Part shown: piece after piece, positions 43,553-54,051 of the stretch | Position numbering within the stretch: the stretch's first letter is position 1 | Layout: each line of letters begins with the position of its first letter | From: a virus | Lineage: Duplodnaviria > Caudoviricetes | Virus record (IMG/VR): IMGVR_UViG_3300044796_000401 | Strand: one strand, 5' to 3' | Length of the DNA stretch: 64,000 nucleotides | The notes under the pieces: generated by a model | The model's database searches: none | What the model was told of the DNA's origin: nothing | The model's input: only the letters and a program-made list of their open reading frames with translations | Translations under genes and position numbers: made by a program

Positions 43553-43715
43553 TCAGCAAGCTTTCCGACGCCGTGCGGAACACCGTTCGCTGCGGCCTCA
43601 CGGCGGGCACGTCGGTGGCCGTGATCGGCAAGCAGGGCGCGGCCCTCGACGACGTTTACACGAAGGATTACCCCGCTGTTTTGTTTGTCAACGTGTATCC
43701 CGAGGAAAAGAAGAA

Positions 43716-44159
43716 ATGACAGAGAAGCGCATCTACGTGGTGATCGCCGAGACGGTGGATACGCCGTTGGGCGTCGTGCATCAAGTCCCCGGTCGCATGG
43801 CGGCGCAGGGCGGGCACGCCCTCAGCCGCATGAAGATGCGCCGCCTGATCGAGGATATGCGCAGCAAGAGGCATCCCCGCACTTTCGAGCGCCTGGAAGC
43901 ATTGGCGGACGAGAAGATCACCACGATCTGGAAGTCCTGCCGGGACAGCCGGGAACTTGAGCACATCCACCGCCTGCTCGCCAAGGCGAGGATCAAGCAC
44001 TGCGATTTCGAGGACGAGAACGACGAGGTTTACGGCACTTACGACGACGGTGCGGGCTGCCATCCGCGCACGGCGCTGGCGACGGTGCCTGTTTATCCCG
44101 AGCAGGTGATCGACATCGCTGATTACTTGCCGCTTTGGAAACCAAAAGGAGACGATTGA
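43716..44159 (+). CDS. Peptidyl-tRNA hydrolase, Pth2 family
   Basis: YVVI...GRMAAQGGHA, ...FED, TALATVP...I.DYLPL. Confidence 0.75.
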   Translation: MTEKRIYVVIAETVDTPLGVVHQVPGRMAAQGGHALSRMKMRRLIEDMRSKRHPRTFERLEALADEKITTIWKSCRDSRELEHIHRLLAKARIKHCDFEDENDEVYGTYDDGAGCHPRTALATVPVYPEQVIDIADYLPLWKPKGDD

Positions 44160-44217
44160 CAATGAAATTCCTGTTTGCAGGTAGCTAAAATCCCCCGGCC
44201 CGATGTATACTAGGGGC

Positions 44218-44478
44218 ATGAACACGAACTCCGCTTTGGTTGTTCGAATCCCGGCAGGGACCATAACCCTGCCCGACAACGACCAGTGGACCAACCGCTT
44301 CGAAATCCACTCCTCGTCCTCAAACCGTGTTTATATCATCGCACAGAATAAGTCTGGTCGGTTCTGGGGGTGTTCATGTTTTGGGTGGGTACGCCACGAG
44401 CATTGCCGCCATCTGGACTCTCTCGGACTCCCCGGCGATCACCAGCCGCGTGAAGCCCGTTTGACGGGGGGCAAGTAA
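44218..44478 (+). CDS. SWIM Zn-finger protein (probably leaderless)
   Basis: S.S..VY.I....WGCSCFGW....CRH. Confidence 0.72.
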   Translation: MNTNSALVVRIPAGTITLPDNDQWTNRFEIHSSSSNRVYIIAQNKSGRFWGCSCFGWVRHEHCRHLDSLGLPGDHQPREARLTGGK

Positions 44479-44879
44479 TGGCTCGCCGCTCCGCCAATCC
44501 GAAGCCGAAGCGCACATTCGCCGACATTGATGCGGCTCGGAAACGTTACAATCCCGAAGCCGAAGGCTACGGCAACCCGTCCGAGTGGCGCGGGGCTTTC
44601 TACCAGCGCATGGGATTCGAGGAAGCGCAGCGGGTAAAGGAAGAAGCACAAGCCGCTGGCAAATGGCGCTCGGAATATCGTATAATCGGTGATATGGCTG
44701 GCGTCGTCCTCGGCGAGAACAGCACATGGGGCGAGATCAAGGCGGCTTTCCGCAAGGCGGCGCTGAACTGCCATCCCGACCGAGCGAAGGGCAACGGGAT
44801 GTCCGAGGAGACCGCCAAAGTGAAATTCCAAGAAGTGCAGGCCGCTTACACCATCCTGGCGGAAAGGTACGGAGAATAA
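44478..44879 (+). CDS. J-domain (DnaJ-like) protein
   Basis: EIKAAFRKAALNCHPDR...KFQEVQAAYTIL. Confidence 0.85.
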   Translation: MARRSANPKPKRTFADIDAARKRYNPEAEGYGNPSEWRGAFYQRMGFEEAQRVKEEAQAAGKWRSEYRIIGDMAGVVLGENSTWGEIKAAFRKAALNCHPDRAKGNGMSEETAKVKFQEVQAAYTILAERYGE

Positions 44880-45147
44880 AGCCATGAGCAAAATTCCCTC
44901 GACGCCATGCTTGCTCTGCAACCAGCCTGTGACGCTGGCGATGCGGCAAAAGTTTACGCCGTGCCCCAAAAGCAAGGATGGCAAAAGCGGACACGCTTTG
45001 GTTCGCTCCCCGGATTCGCTCGGGAAGATCATGCCGAAGAGGGGGCGCTAACATGCACGTTTTACTTTTCTTGGCGCTGCTTTGGATTGCATACAAGATC
45101 GGTCAGAGTAACAGCCAGCACAGATAAATCGCATCGAGGAGAGTGTC

Positions 45148-45669
45148 ATGAGAAAGAGAAACAGGGCAATGTTCGAGGAGCCGACGGTCGAAGTCGTGGA
45201 CACGCGCGTGGTTGCGAATGGGGTGATCGTGCCCAAGAATAGATGCGCCGAGCACGCTTATACGCCGGTGCTGAATGATGCGCCGTGGTTCACGGTGCTG
45301 CTGGTCCACCCGGACCCGGCAAAGCCGACCGACATAAAGGCGACCAGACTCTTCCATACTTCGGATTACAAGCAGGCTTGCAGGGAGGCCACCAAATTCG
45401 CGAGCCAGCATCCGTGCGACAAGTTTGTTCCCGTCTCCCGCATGGGCTGGCCGCCCAGCGCAGCGTGGAGTTCAGAGCACAAGCACATGGCCGTGTATGT
45501 GACCGTGGACGAGGAACGCAGCACGGAGCCATACGTCAAGGCCACGCAAGCCACGCTGCTGCGCAGGTGCCGCGGACTGCACCAGATCGTGTTCCGGCTA
45601 GGCTCAAACGGCCACATGGTTGGCGAACCCAGCGCCGTCTCGGACGAACACAAGTTCAGGCTTATTTGA
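45148..45669 (+). CDS. Hypothetical protein
   Basis: AGGAG RBS. Confidence 0.65.
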   Translation: MRKRNRAMFEEPTVEVVDTRVVANGVIVPKNRCAEHAYTPVLNDAPWFTVLLVHPDPAKPTDIKATRLFHTSDYKQACREATKFASQHPCDKFVPVSRMGWPPSAAWSSEHKHMAVYVTVDEERSTEPYVKATQATLLRRCRGLHQIVFRLGSNGHMVGEPSAVSDEHKFRLI

Positions 45670-45702
45670 AATCCCCCAGTTCGGGGGCACAAGGAGAAGC
45701 AA

Positions 45703-45936
45703 ATGATCCATCTCGGAACCGACAACGAATCGCAGGACGCCAAGAACTACCCGGTGCTCCATCGCCGGACGGACCACATCGTCACGCTCTCGAACATCGA
45801 GGCGGACGTGAGGAAGAACAGGAACAGCTACGGCGCGGCCGTGGTGCAGACGGTAAGCAGGCGGATGGCGCGGACCGTCTCCGTCATCCGGCGCGACCTG
45901 AATTCCACCAAACGCCAAGAACGCCGCCGCAACTGA
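45703..45936 (+). CDS. Hypothetical protein
   Basis: AGGAG RBS. Confidence 0.6.
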   Translation: MIHLGTDNESQDAKNYPVLHRRTDHIVTLSNIEADVRKNRNSYGAAVVQTVSRRMARTVSVIRRDLNSTKRQERRRN

Positions 45937-45942
45937 GGACCC

Positions 45943-46140
45943 ATGAAAACCGCGCCGGAAAAAGCCATGCTGCGAATCATCTGGCTCATGCTGTGTTCCT
46001 TGGCGCTGGTCTGGGCGTGCGACCGCGCTGCCTGGTTCATCTTCTGGGAACCAGCCCTCCCAGTCTTGCTCATGGCGTATCTCCTGCTGCTCTACGCCGG
46101 GTTCAAGCTGATAAACAAACTCCATTACGGTGGGTGCTAA
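45943..46140 (+). CDS. Small membrane protein
   Basis: Two hydrophobic helices. Confidence 0.6.
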   Translation: MKTAPEKAMLRIIWLMLCSLALVWACDRAAWFIFWEPALPVLLMAYLLLLYAGFKLINKLHYGGC

Positions 46141-47019
46141 ATGCCGATCAAGGGGGAAAATGCGTGGAAATTCGCCGCGTCGATCCTGCTGTTCCTGTCG
46201 GGTGTCGGCCCCGCTTTCGGGCAAGCGGAAATGAAGAGCTTTCTGTTCCTGCAGAACGATTATCCCGTGTTCATCTCGACCGACGGAAAAAAGCTCAACG
46301 AGCAGATCATGTATCTGTCCGCCGACGACGAGTATGTCCGCTTGCACTACACGTTCTGCGAGACCGCCAAGGAAGCGCCCGCCCTCAACGCATCGAGGGA
46401 ATTGAACAAGGCCGCCGTGTACGGCGGGCATTGCGACTACCAGATTCTTTCGGCTCCCGTAGGCGACCTGACCAATGTGTCGCTGCTATGTTCGGTCAGG
46501 ACCGGGGAGATCATCGCCGCCAGCAGCCCCGAGGGCGTCTCCGGCTTGTCGCAAGCGGTCGATTGGTCCCCGATGAAGAAGACTCCCGCCGAATGCCCCG
46601 TTGTCGGAACCGGCTGGAACGGCTTCTTTGCCATCCGTGCGCCGGAGCCGATCGCCAGGATGCCTTTGGCATTCAACGGTTCCGACCTGATAACCGCCGG
46701 ATGGGTGAACGGCAAGCTGGCATTCCTGAGCTTGGACACCGGCGCTAGCTCCATCGCCCTCAACTTTTCCTCTTTCTCCATCCCCGTTTCCGGCACCAAG
46801 GAAGTGACCCTCGGCGACGGGAGCGCCACGACGCTCTCCACCGGGAGCGCTTCCTTCTGCTATGTCGGCACGCTGTGCTCCACCGTGGCTGTCGATGACA
46901 TACCCGCCAAGGCGGAACCGCTGCTCGGGCTGTCCTTCCTCGGGCTTTTCGACAAGGTGACGATCAACATGACGGACCATACTCTCGACTTGATTGTCAA
47001 GAAAAAAGCGGCAGAGTAG
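46141..47019 (+). CDS. Secreted protein with C-terminal retropepsin-like aspartic protease
   Basis: Signal peptide; LDTGASS, LGDG, LLGLSFL. Confidence 0.8.
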   Translation: MPIKGENAWKFAASILLFLSGVGPAFGQAEMKSFLFLQNDYPVFISTDGKKLNEQIMYLSADDEYVRLHYTFCETAKEAPALNASRELNKAAVYGGHCDYQILSAPVGDLTNVSLLCSVRTGEIIAASSPEGVSGLSQAVDWSPMKKTPAECPVVGTGWNGFFAIRAPEPIARMPLAFNGSDLITAGWVNGKLAFLSLDTGASSIALNFSSFSIPVSGTKEVTLGDGSATTLSTGSASFCYVGTLCSTVAVDDIPAKAEPLLGLSFLGLFDKVTINMTDHTLDLIVKKKAAE

Positions 47020-47374
47020 GGTATAATGTATGGAGAGGCTGCGAACGCCACAAACCATGAAAGGCTCCCGAGGCAATGAGGCGGTAAAGGTTGTCGTGAT
47101 CGAGGCGGTCATTTTCGTCGTCTCGGCATTCGGCATCATCATGTGGTGCCGCCACCTGCTGCGCACGGCGATACGACCGTGACCCCGGTTAAATGCAAGA
47201 GCCGTGGTAAGAACCACGGTCCTACAGCTACAGGCAAAGTAAAAGACTGCCCCTATCGGACAAAGAAACTTCGGCGCAGGCGAAACCGCAATGCTTAAAC
47301 GAGTTCTAGTCACATCCGAGCCCCTGCCCCAAAGATGGCTGCACACCGTCGTCAGCGGTCTGTGCGGGAGAGAC

Positions 47375-47548
47375 TTAGGGGTTAATCGGAAATTTCAACG
47401 TAATTAAACGCCACGGGCCTTTTCGGATGAGGTTGCCTTCAAGATCGAATTGTCCGCTTGATTTGCCGCACTTGCAGCTTCTTACCCCCCGGCGTCTTAA
47501 CTTCACAACATCATGGCATTTTAGGCAATTCAACAACTTTATCGGCAT
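47375..47548 (-). CDS. Small Zn-ribbon protein (57 aa)
   Basis: MPIKLLNCLKCHDVVKL...RSCKCGKSSG. Confidence 0.55.
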   Translation of the reverse strand: MPIKLLNCLKCHDVVKLRRRGVRSCKCGKSSGQFDLEGNLIRKGPWRLITLKFPINP

Positions 47549-47557
47549 AGTTGTATC

Positions 47558-48049
47558 TTAACGCGTGCACCGCGATTGTGGAAGATCGCGAACAATTAGA
47601 TGTTTCTTTTTAAGATACGCGATAGCCTTGTATAAAAGCTCCACGTTATCTTGAAACAAGCCAAGGGCTCGATTATGCGCGTCACATAACAAGCCGCGTA
47701 TCTCGTCCGTCTCATGGTCGTGATCTACGGACAGTCTACGATTCTTTTTGGGAGGACGACCGCAAAGGGCGCAACCTCCTCCTTGCTCTTCGGAAAGTCG
47801 TTGATATAGCGTCTCTGAAATTCCGTGTCTCAAGCGAAGATCGGTTTTTCTTTGTGCCTGTTTTACGGCTTCTGGATGTGTTTTACACCATTGTCTATAG
47901 CGATCATTATCGCACGACTTACAATAAGCACGTAAGTATCCGTTTTTTCTGACGCCGAATTCGGCTATAAGTTTTGGGAGTGTACAAATGGGGCACCGTT
48001 TCGTTTCTATCGGTCGTTTATGACATCGTTTTGTTGGTTGTGCAGTCAT
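47558..48049 (-). CDS. Endonuclease VII-family homing endonuclease
   Basis: CPIC..CKSC; QGGGCALCG...SVDHDHET..RGLLC..HN.ALG.FQDN..LL.KAI.YL; AT-rich. Confidence 0.87.
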   Translation of the reverse strand: MTAQPTKRCHKRPIETKRCPICTLPKLIAEFGVRKNGYLRAYCKSCDNDRYRQWCKTHPEAVKQAQRKTDLRLRHGISETLYQRLSEEQGGGCALCGRPPKKNRRLSVDHDHETDEIRGLLCDAHNRALGLFQDNVELLYKAIAYLKKKHLIVRDLPQSRCTR

Positions 48050-48128
48050 ACTAGATAGAGCAAAAGTCGAAACATTGTAACTGACAAACGGGCTTGCTAA
48101 GTTCCTGCCAGTTTGCTATTCTAGTCCC

Positions 48129-48392
48129 ATGAAAAAGCCCCGGATAGAATTGGCACCGACGCAACAACTGGACGCCCGCCAGCCGACGCTGGACCGCTTC
48201 CTTGAGCAGTTCAAGAAGGCGACGAGGATCAAGCCCCTGCTGGTGACCGACGAGAGCCGCCTCAGCGACTTCGGGCTGGACGAGAAGGACTTGGAGAAGC
48301 TGCAAAAGCGCCTCGGATTCCCCGTTGAGCGCACGGCGCTGATCGTGGACATTGTGATGTTGATGGAAGCGAAGGAAGGAAGGGTCCAATGA
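48129..48392 (+). CDS. Hypothetical protein
   Basis: 87-aa ORF, phage-like codon usage. Confidence 0.65.
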   Translation: MKKPRIELAPTQQLDARQPTLDRFLEQFKKATRIKPLLVTDESRLSDFGLDEKDLEKLQKRLGFPVERTALIVDIVMLMEAKEGRVQ

Positions 48393-48543
48393 GACGGGGG
48401 CAAAGCCCGAAGCTGGTGGCGCTGGATACTGCCATCAATGGAAGCTTCGACTGGTCGAATTTCGGTGTGGTGGCGCTGGTCGCAAAAGTCGAGGAGCGCC
48501 TCCCGAATTTCCAGCGCGAGATTCCCCTAACGGAGGGCGAATA

Positions 48544-48888
48544 ATGACACAGGCCGTGGTCAGCGTCCGGCGGGACGGCAAGGTGGTGATGAAGCTGGTT
48601 TGCGGCTGCTGCGGCACAGAGGCGCGAACTCTGGCGGCGGCACTCAGGGCACTGGGGCGGGTGCCGACCCTCCCAGAAGCGCTGCAAATGGCGGCAAATG
48701 CCCGTTACGGGTGCCCGGCGTGCATCGCCGCAGTCACGCCGGAGTTGACCTGCCTCCCGGACGGGGAGTACCGGGACGAAACCGAGTACCCGTGGCTTAT
48801 GTTCTACCGGACGACATTCGACGATCCGAATTTCAATCCCCGCTGGGCTCTGGGCACAGCCGACTACGTGGAAATCGTTGACTTCTGA
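48544..48888 (+). CDS. Hypothetical protein
   Basis: GGAGG RBS, CGCC and CPAC. Confidence 0.65.
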   Translation: MTQAVVSVRRDGKVVMKLVCGCCGTEARTLAAALRALGRVPTLPEALQMAANARYGCPACIAAVTPELTCLPDGEYRDETEYPWLMFYRTTFDDPNFNPRWALGTADYVEIVDF

Positions 48889-48976
48889 CCTCAAGTTATT
48901 TTTAAGTCGTTGAAAATCAACAGGTTATAGGAACGGAAAACTAGCGAAAACCCGCTTTCCGATGTATACTATAGAC

Positions 48977-49228
48977 ATGAAAACCACAAAGACAGCCAAG
49001 ACCATCACCGCCGCCGAACTCAAGTCCCGCGGTTATGTCAAGACCGCCAGCGGTACGTGGGAAAACCCCACTGCCGAAAAGAAGATGCTTGCCGACCTGA
49101 ATTTCAAGCGCCAGTTCGCAGCCGACACCAAAAAGCTTGCTGCCATCGAAACTCGCATGCGCAAGTTTCCCAAGACCAGCGCCGAATACAAAGCCGCCGA
49201 GAAAGAATTCTTCGCTTTCTTCAACTAG
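48977..49228 (+). CDS. Hypothetical basic protein (probably leaderless)
   Basis: TAGCGA-N17-TATACT, 6 nt, ATG. Confidence 0.7.
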   Translation: MKTTKTAKTITAAELKSRGYVKTASGTWENPTAEKKMLADLNFKRQFAADTKKLAAIETRMRKFPKTSAEYKAAEKEFFAFFN

Positions 49229-49230
49229 CC

Positions 49231-49584
49231 ATGCCCCGTTCCCGCACCGATCTCATACCAATCATCATCAACCCCGAACGGTGGCCGACCCACACCCTAG
49301 AACGTGCGAGAAGTCGCAAAGCCCCTCCCGAATTTTGGGCAGCCCTGAAGTCGTGGGGCAGCGGTGTACCACACGTCGGTTACGGCGAGGAGTGGTACAA
49401 AGAATTTGACCTGTACCATCTGGCGCTTCGCGGCTGGCGGCTAGTGGGGCGAGGGGAAATGCCCACATCCGTCCTCGGTCCCGATGAGAACAAGTACACC
49501 CGAGGCCGCCGATTGGCAACGAACATTGAGCTTGTGGACACCGCGGCGGACTGGCTTGCCGGGCACCCCGAATGGAAAAAGTAG
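49231..49584 (+). CDS. Hypothetical protein
   Basis: Starts 3 nt after upstream stop. Confidence 0.6.
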   Translation: MPRSRTDLIPIIINPERWPTHTLERARSRKAPPEFWAALKSWGSGVPHVGYGEEWYKEFDLYHLALRGWRLVGRGEMPTSVLGPDENKYTRGRRLATNIELVDTAADWLAGHPEWKK

Positions 49585-49697
49585 AACCCGTAGCTAACTG
49601 CTTACTTAAAGCGAAACCTCGGTAGCCAAAACCCCCGGACTCCTGTATACTTGGGGTATGACCGGAGCGGTTCCAGTTTTGCCCGAGGAGATGACGG

Positions 49698-49937
49698 ATG
49701 ACCAAGCGCGTCGAAGAGAACCTTGAGGAATACGGCGAACGGCTGGGCAGGATGCCCGACACCGGACTTGTGAAGGAAATCCGCAGCTACAAGTTCGTCC
49801 CCCGCCCGCCGATAGTGGACATGGTGGTGCTGGAGTTCTGCATGAAGCATCTCGCGCTGCCCAAGGAACAGCGCCAAGCGGCTCCGCGCACCGTACAAAT
49901 TCTGGAGCCCAAGAAGATGAGCTACGAGGAGGAGTAG
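49698..49937 (+). CDS. Hypothetical protein
   Basis: GAGGAG RBS. Confidence 0.6.
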   Translation: MTKRVEENLEEYGERLGRMPDTGLVKEIRSYKFVPRPPIVDMVVLEFCMKHLALPKEQRQAAPRTVQILEPKKMSYEEE

Positions 49938-50487
49938 TGCGCGGCTGCAAGCCATCGCTGAAGCGGACCATCTGGCGCTGGCTGGACGAAATCCACCAGC
50001 GCAACATGGCGCCGCGGGAGCACACCGACTGGCGGAAGGCTGGCAAGCTGGTTCCTTACGTGAATGCTTTCGTCAAGGAATGCGGCGGCGAGATTCCAGA
50101 GCACCTGTTGCCGAAGAGAAAGGAAAAGACTGATGAAGGAAACGAGACAACTCAAACCGGGGAATAGGTTCAGCTTTCTTCCCCCAGCATGGCACGGTCC
50201 CAGCATCGTCAGGGAATCCCATGCCTCCGGGAACCTGTGGACGCTGAAGTTCGACAACCCGAAGATCGTCAATCCTCCGGGCGTTTGGTACGGGGAGCCG
50301 GGAACAAAAGTCCGGCTGTTGAAGAAAGGAAAGGCATGAAGAAAGAGACGAAAAAGGCCGAGCGTACGCGGCGGCTGCGGCACATGGCGGGGCTGTTCGA
50401 CGACCTGTCGTTCTTCTACAAGGCCACGGGCGACGACGACCGCTCCAAGGGATTGAAGAAAGCGGCACGCAAGCTGCGGAGGAAAAA

Positions 50488-50940
50488 GTGAATATCGAGG
50501 GCCTATTCGTCGGGCAGAGGGCCTGGAGCGTCACCAAGGGGAAGATGGGGAACACGACCATCGTCACGACCCGCGTGCATCCGGTGGACATCGTCGGGAT
50601 CGACCCCGAGAAGCGTTGGGTCCTCGCATCGTGGAACGGCAACCGGCCAGAGAAATGCTACAGGCTTCGCGTCTCTGGATGGCGCAAGAGCGAACCGATC
50701 TTGATCGAATCGATGACCGGGCGGAGCCGCTTGGCGACGCGGGAGGAACTCAAGGCCATCGCGGACGGGACTTTCACCGGAAGGCACAGCCGGGACACCG
50801 TCCGCTGGCGGGAGGAAGGGCTTTCGCAACTGGCGAAGATCGATCCCGTCAACGAAGTCCTGTGCCCTTACCAGCTTCCCATCGACATCGGGAAGTCGGT
50901 CAACGAAATCCAGAAGGAATGGAACCGTGGAAACTGCTGA
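50488..50940 (+). CDS. Hypothetical protein
   Basis: GTGA overlap, GGAGG RBS. Confidence 0.65.
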   Translation: MNIEGLFVGQRAWSVTKGKMGNTTIVTTRVHPVDIVGIDPEKRWVLASWNGNRPEKCYRLRVSGWRKSEPILIESMTGRSRLATREELKAIADGTFTGRHSRDTVRWREEGLSQLAKIDPVNEVLCPYQLPIDIGKSVNEIQKEWNRGNC

Positions 50941-51244
50941 CCTGACAACGGCGACCGACATGGAACTGACCTACCATGGGTATGAACGTGCGCGATTACT
51001 GCGGATGCTCCATACCGGGCTGGAAACAGTGAAGCGCCAAGCCGAAGTCAAGGAAAGCATCATTTGCGATCTCGAACGGGACTTGGACCTGATCAACGCG
51101 GAGTTGAACAACCGGAATTACCACGACATCGGGCATGCCCGAGAACAGTTCGAATGCAAGGCCGTGGACGGCCACAAGGTCTTGCTGGCGGACGACGAAC
51201 TCGACCCTCGGGTGAGGGCGTTCCGGGACGAGGGGGTACTGTGA
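50927..51244 (+). CDS. Hypothetical coiled-coil protein
   Basis: Overlaps neighbours in operon fashion. Confidence 0.6.
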   Translation: METADLTTATDMELTYHGYERARLLRMLHTGLETVKRQAEVKESIICDLERDLDLINAELNNRNYHDIGHAREQFECKAVDGHKVLLADDELDPRVRAFRDEGVL

Positions 51245-51328
51245 AGCCGAAACTTTTCGTGGGGCTGGTCGAGTTCTGGCTGGCGAACTTCGTCAACGAC
51301 GGGCCCATCACGTTCAGGATTCCATTGG

Positions 51329-52078
51329 ATGGATTGGAGAAAAAAGATGTTTGACGACAAGATCACGAAGCACGAGAGCTTCGGCGCGATCACGGTGAAC
51401 CGCGTGAGCGGCCAGTCGTATTTGTTCGGCTCCGAGGCGCTGCACCACGGCTTCATCCGCGTGGAGATCAGCGATGCGGACATGCGCCGGAGCCTGAGCG
51501 ACGACCACGTCTACGCCGACCGCAGGCTGGTCACCGTCGACATGACGTACGAGCAGTGGGCCCGGTTCGTGTCGAGCTTCGGGCTCGGCATGGGCACGCC
51601 CTGCACCCTGCGGCAGGTCGGCACCAAGCGGTACGAGGAGCCGCCCGAGCCCGAGAGCTTCACCAGCAAGTTCCAAGACGACCTGAAAGAGACCGTGAAC
51701 GAAGCCATGGAGAAGCTGGAGGGGCTGATCACGAAGCTCACCGAATCGAACCTGCCAGGCAACAAGCCCCTCGGCAAGAAGGAACAAGCCGTGGTGCTCG
51801 GCGATATCAAGCAAGCCGTCATGCGGATCAAGAGCAACGTCCCCTTCATCGAGCGCCAGTTCGACGAAGCGATGGAGACCAAGGTCGCCGCCGCCATCAT
51901 CGAGGTCGAGGGCACCATCGCCCACGGGCTCCGCGAGGCGGGGCTCGCCTCCCTGCGGCAGAACATGCCGGAGTACGATAGGATGTTCGCGGTGGGCAAG
52001 CCGCAGGAGCAACTGCCGGAAATCGTCGATGCCGAGATCATCATCGAAAATGACGACCGCGGCATCGGAAAGCCGTAA
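51329..52078 (+). CDS. Hypothetical phage protein (start probably ATG 51347)
   Basis: HESFGAI...SG...LFGS...H..FI; strong codon bias. Confidence 0.75.
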   Translation: MDWRKKMFDDKITKHESFGAITVNRVSGQSYLFGSEALHHGFIRVEISDADMRRSLSDDHVYADRRLVTVDMTYEQWARFVSSFGLGMGTPCTLRQVGTKRYEEPPEPESFTSKFQDDLKETVNEAMEKLEGLITKLTESNLPGNKPLGKKEQAVVLGDIKQAVMRIKSNVPFIERQFDEAMETKVAAAIIEVEGTIAHGLREAGLASLRQNMPEYDRMFAVGKPQEQLPEIVDAEIIIENDDRGIGKP

Positions 52079-52080
52079 GC

Positions 52081-52446
52081 ATGGTCTACGTCACGAAGGA
52101 AGGCCACGAGGTCGAATACAAGCATCCCCAGCGGCCGTTGATGAAGTCCATCAGCGTCACGCTGCTGGACAAGGCGACGTTTAGCTCGGACCAGCTTCTC
52201 GACGTGATCTGGAAGCACGCCAGGTTCCTGTGCCGCCGTGTCGTGTTCAACCATTCCTACAGGCATGAGAACGGCTCCCTTTCCCACACTTACGACTTGT
52301 ACTTCGATTGGGGGCCGTTCGGCTCCCAGCGCCTTGGCGGCAAGGAGATCAACACGATCGTCGCCGCCATCGAGGAAGACCTGCCGAGCCACATCCCGGT
52401 CAGCCTGCGCGGACGGTCGCATCGGGCCGGACAGGAAGCTAAATGA
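52081..52446 (+). CDS. Hypothetical protein
   Basis: Operon-coupled. Confidence 0.65.
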   Translation: MVYVTKEGHEVEYKHPQRPLMKSISVTLLDKATFSSDQLLDVIWKHARFLCRRVVFNHSYRHENGSLSHTYDLYFDWGPFGSQRLGGKEINTIVAAIEEDLPSHIPVSLRGRSHRAGQEAK

Positions 52447-52976
52447 AGCACATGCTCCTTTCGATTTTGCTTGTTTTGCTTGCTATCCCGGCGAGGGCTG
52501 ACTGCGGCCGCAAGGAGTGGCACACCCGCGTCCGTTCCATCTTGGTCCGGCTTTTTCCGAACGATGAGATGGCCAGCAATGTCCGCCTCGTCTTCATTTG
52601 TGATCCCCGCCCGGACGCCACCTACTCGAACGGCAACATGGTCATCGACTCCGGATTGATGAAGTTCAAAAGGGCCGAGATCGCCGCCGTCCTCGCCCAC
52701 GAGATGGGACACGCGAAACTGGAACAGGACATAGCCTTCGGGCTGTTCGGCGAAAGCCTCGCCGCGCTGGAAAAGGACGAAATAGATGCCGACGACTTCA
52801 GCCTCGTCACCCTGCGCCGGGCGGGATACGGCCCTTGCGATGCCTATCATGCCATGGCGAAGGCGTTGCCGTACTTTCCCAGCATTCTCAAGAATCCTAC
52901 CGGCCCGCACAACCGGATAGTCGTCCATCGCTTCGGCAGGCTCCAAGAGGCATGCAAACAGGGGGGCGTGACATGA
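52443..52976 (+). CDS. Secreted M48-family metallopeptidase
   Basis: Signal peptide; PDATYSNG, EIAAVLAHEMGH, E.DAD...L..AGY. Confidence 0.82.
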   Translation: MKHMLLSILLVLLAIPARADCGRKEWHTRVRSILVRLFPNDEMASNVRLVFICDPRPDATYSNGNMVIDSGLMKFKRAEIAAVLAHEMGHAKLEQDIAFGLFGESLAALEKDEIDADDFSLVTLRRAGYGPCDAYHAMAKALPYFPSILKNPTGPHNRIVVHRFGRLQEACKQGGVT

Positions 52977-53313
52977 CATGGATTTTCGAATGCCCGGACT
53001 GCGATGCGAGGGTTACTCTCGACCCCCACGCCCTAGAGTCGCCGCAGACCCGGTGCCAGAGTTGCGGCCGCGCATTCAAGACATCCGGGTTGCGGGCGCA
53101 CGGGTTCATCTATTCGATAGGAACCGAGGAAGAAGAGGAATAAAACATGGCGCACGCGCACAAAGTCACGAAAGCCGACCGCCGCAATAAGGGCCGCCGC
53201 AAGGACCAGGGCGCGGCGACGATGGCCGCCCTCAAGCGGCTCGACGCCCGGAACGCCCTTGAAAAAGCCGTTATCGCCGAGGACAAGCCGCCGCTCGGGC
53301 CGAGGAGTAGCGG

Positions 53314-53565
53314 ATGATTAGCATCAACGTCAACGGTAACGTCCGGGTGAAACTGACGCCGTCAGGCGAGGCGCTGTGGGCCGAGCACTGGAAGAGGACG
53401 AACCCCAAAGGCGTGCCGGACGCCATCCGCAGATCGCAAGTCGAAGCGTGCGGGTGGACGCGGTTCCAGTTGCACGAACTCATGCTCGTTTTCGGCAAGG
53501 CGATGTGGAACGGCAACATGGAGTTGCCGTTTGAAATGAACGAAACCAGGCTGACTCGCAACTGA
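53314..53565 (+). CDS. Hypothetical protein
   Basis: AGGAG RBS. Confidence 0.65.
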   Translation: MISINVNGNVRVKLTPSGEALWAEHWKRTNPKGVPDAIRRSQVEACGWTRFQLHELMLVFGKAMWNGNMELPFEMNETRLTRN

Positions 53566-53744
53566 GGAAACATGCCAAGGTCAATAACAGCAATCTGCGG
53601 CGTGCCGTTTCGCAAGATCGTGAAGCACGCGCGGAAAAACCTCCGGACCTCCACCGAAACCCTGTCATGCGGGCACACGATGCTGCGCCGGGAGGATGCC
53701 AACGGTTTGGGAACTATACGCTTTACACCACAAGGAGATAAACC

Positions 53745-53945
53745 ATGAGAAAGAAAGAAGCTAGACCTAATGAATCGGACAACAGAATCTTCAAAGTCGA
53801 GGCACAAGGAGACACACTCTATATCCAAGCGCCTACGCAGGAAGATGCTCATTTACAACTAACTGAAAAGATTGGCCCTATTCCTGATCGGCTGCTCACA
53901 TGGGGCGAAGTCAAAAAATTACCAAAAGGCGAAGAGTTTTTGTAG
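53745..53945 (+). CDS. Hypothetical protein
   Basis: AGGAG RBS. Confidence 0.55.
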   Translation: MRKKEARPNESDNRIFKVEAQGDTLYIQAPTQEDAHLQLTEKIGPIPDRLLTWGEVKKLPKGEEFL

Positions 53946-54051
53946 GGTATCAAGCGTATAATTCCCAACGGTTTCTGTTGCGCATCCCAGCGGAGGTGCT
54001 ATACTTGCAAGAGGGAAGGCTACGAGAGCCTGAAGAGCCGCAAAATCCGCC

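Noticed and set aside
48905-48930. GTTGAAAAYCAA-like motif upstream of some promoters (also ~10608, ~24179)
   Set aside because: Too short and divergent to support without statistics
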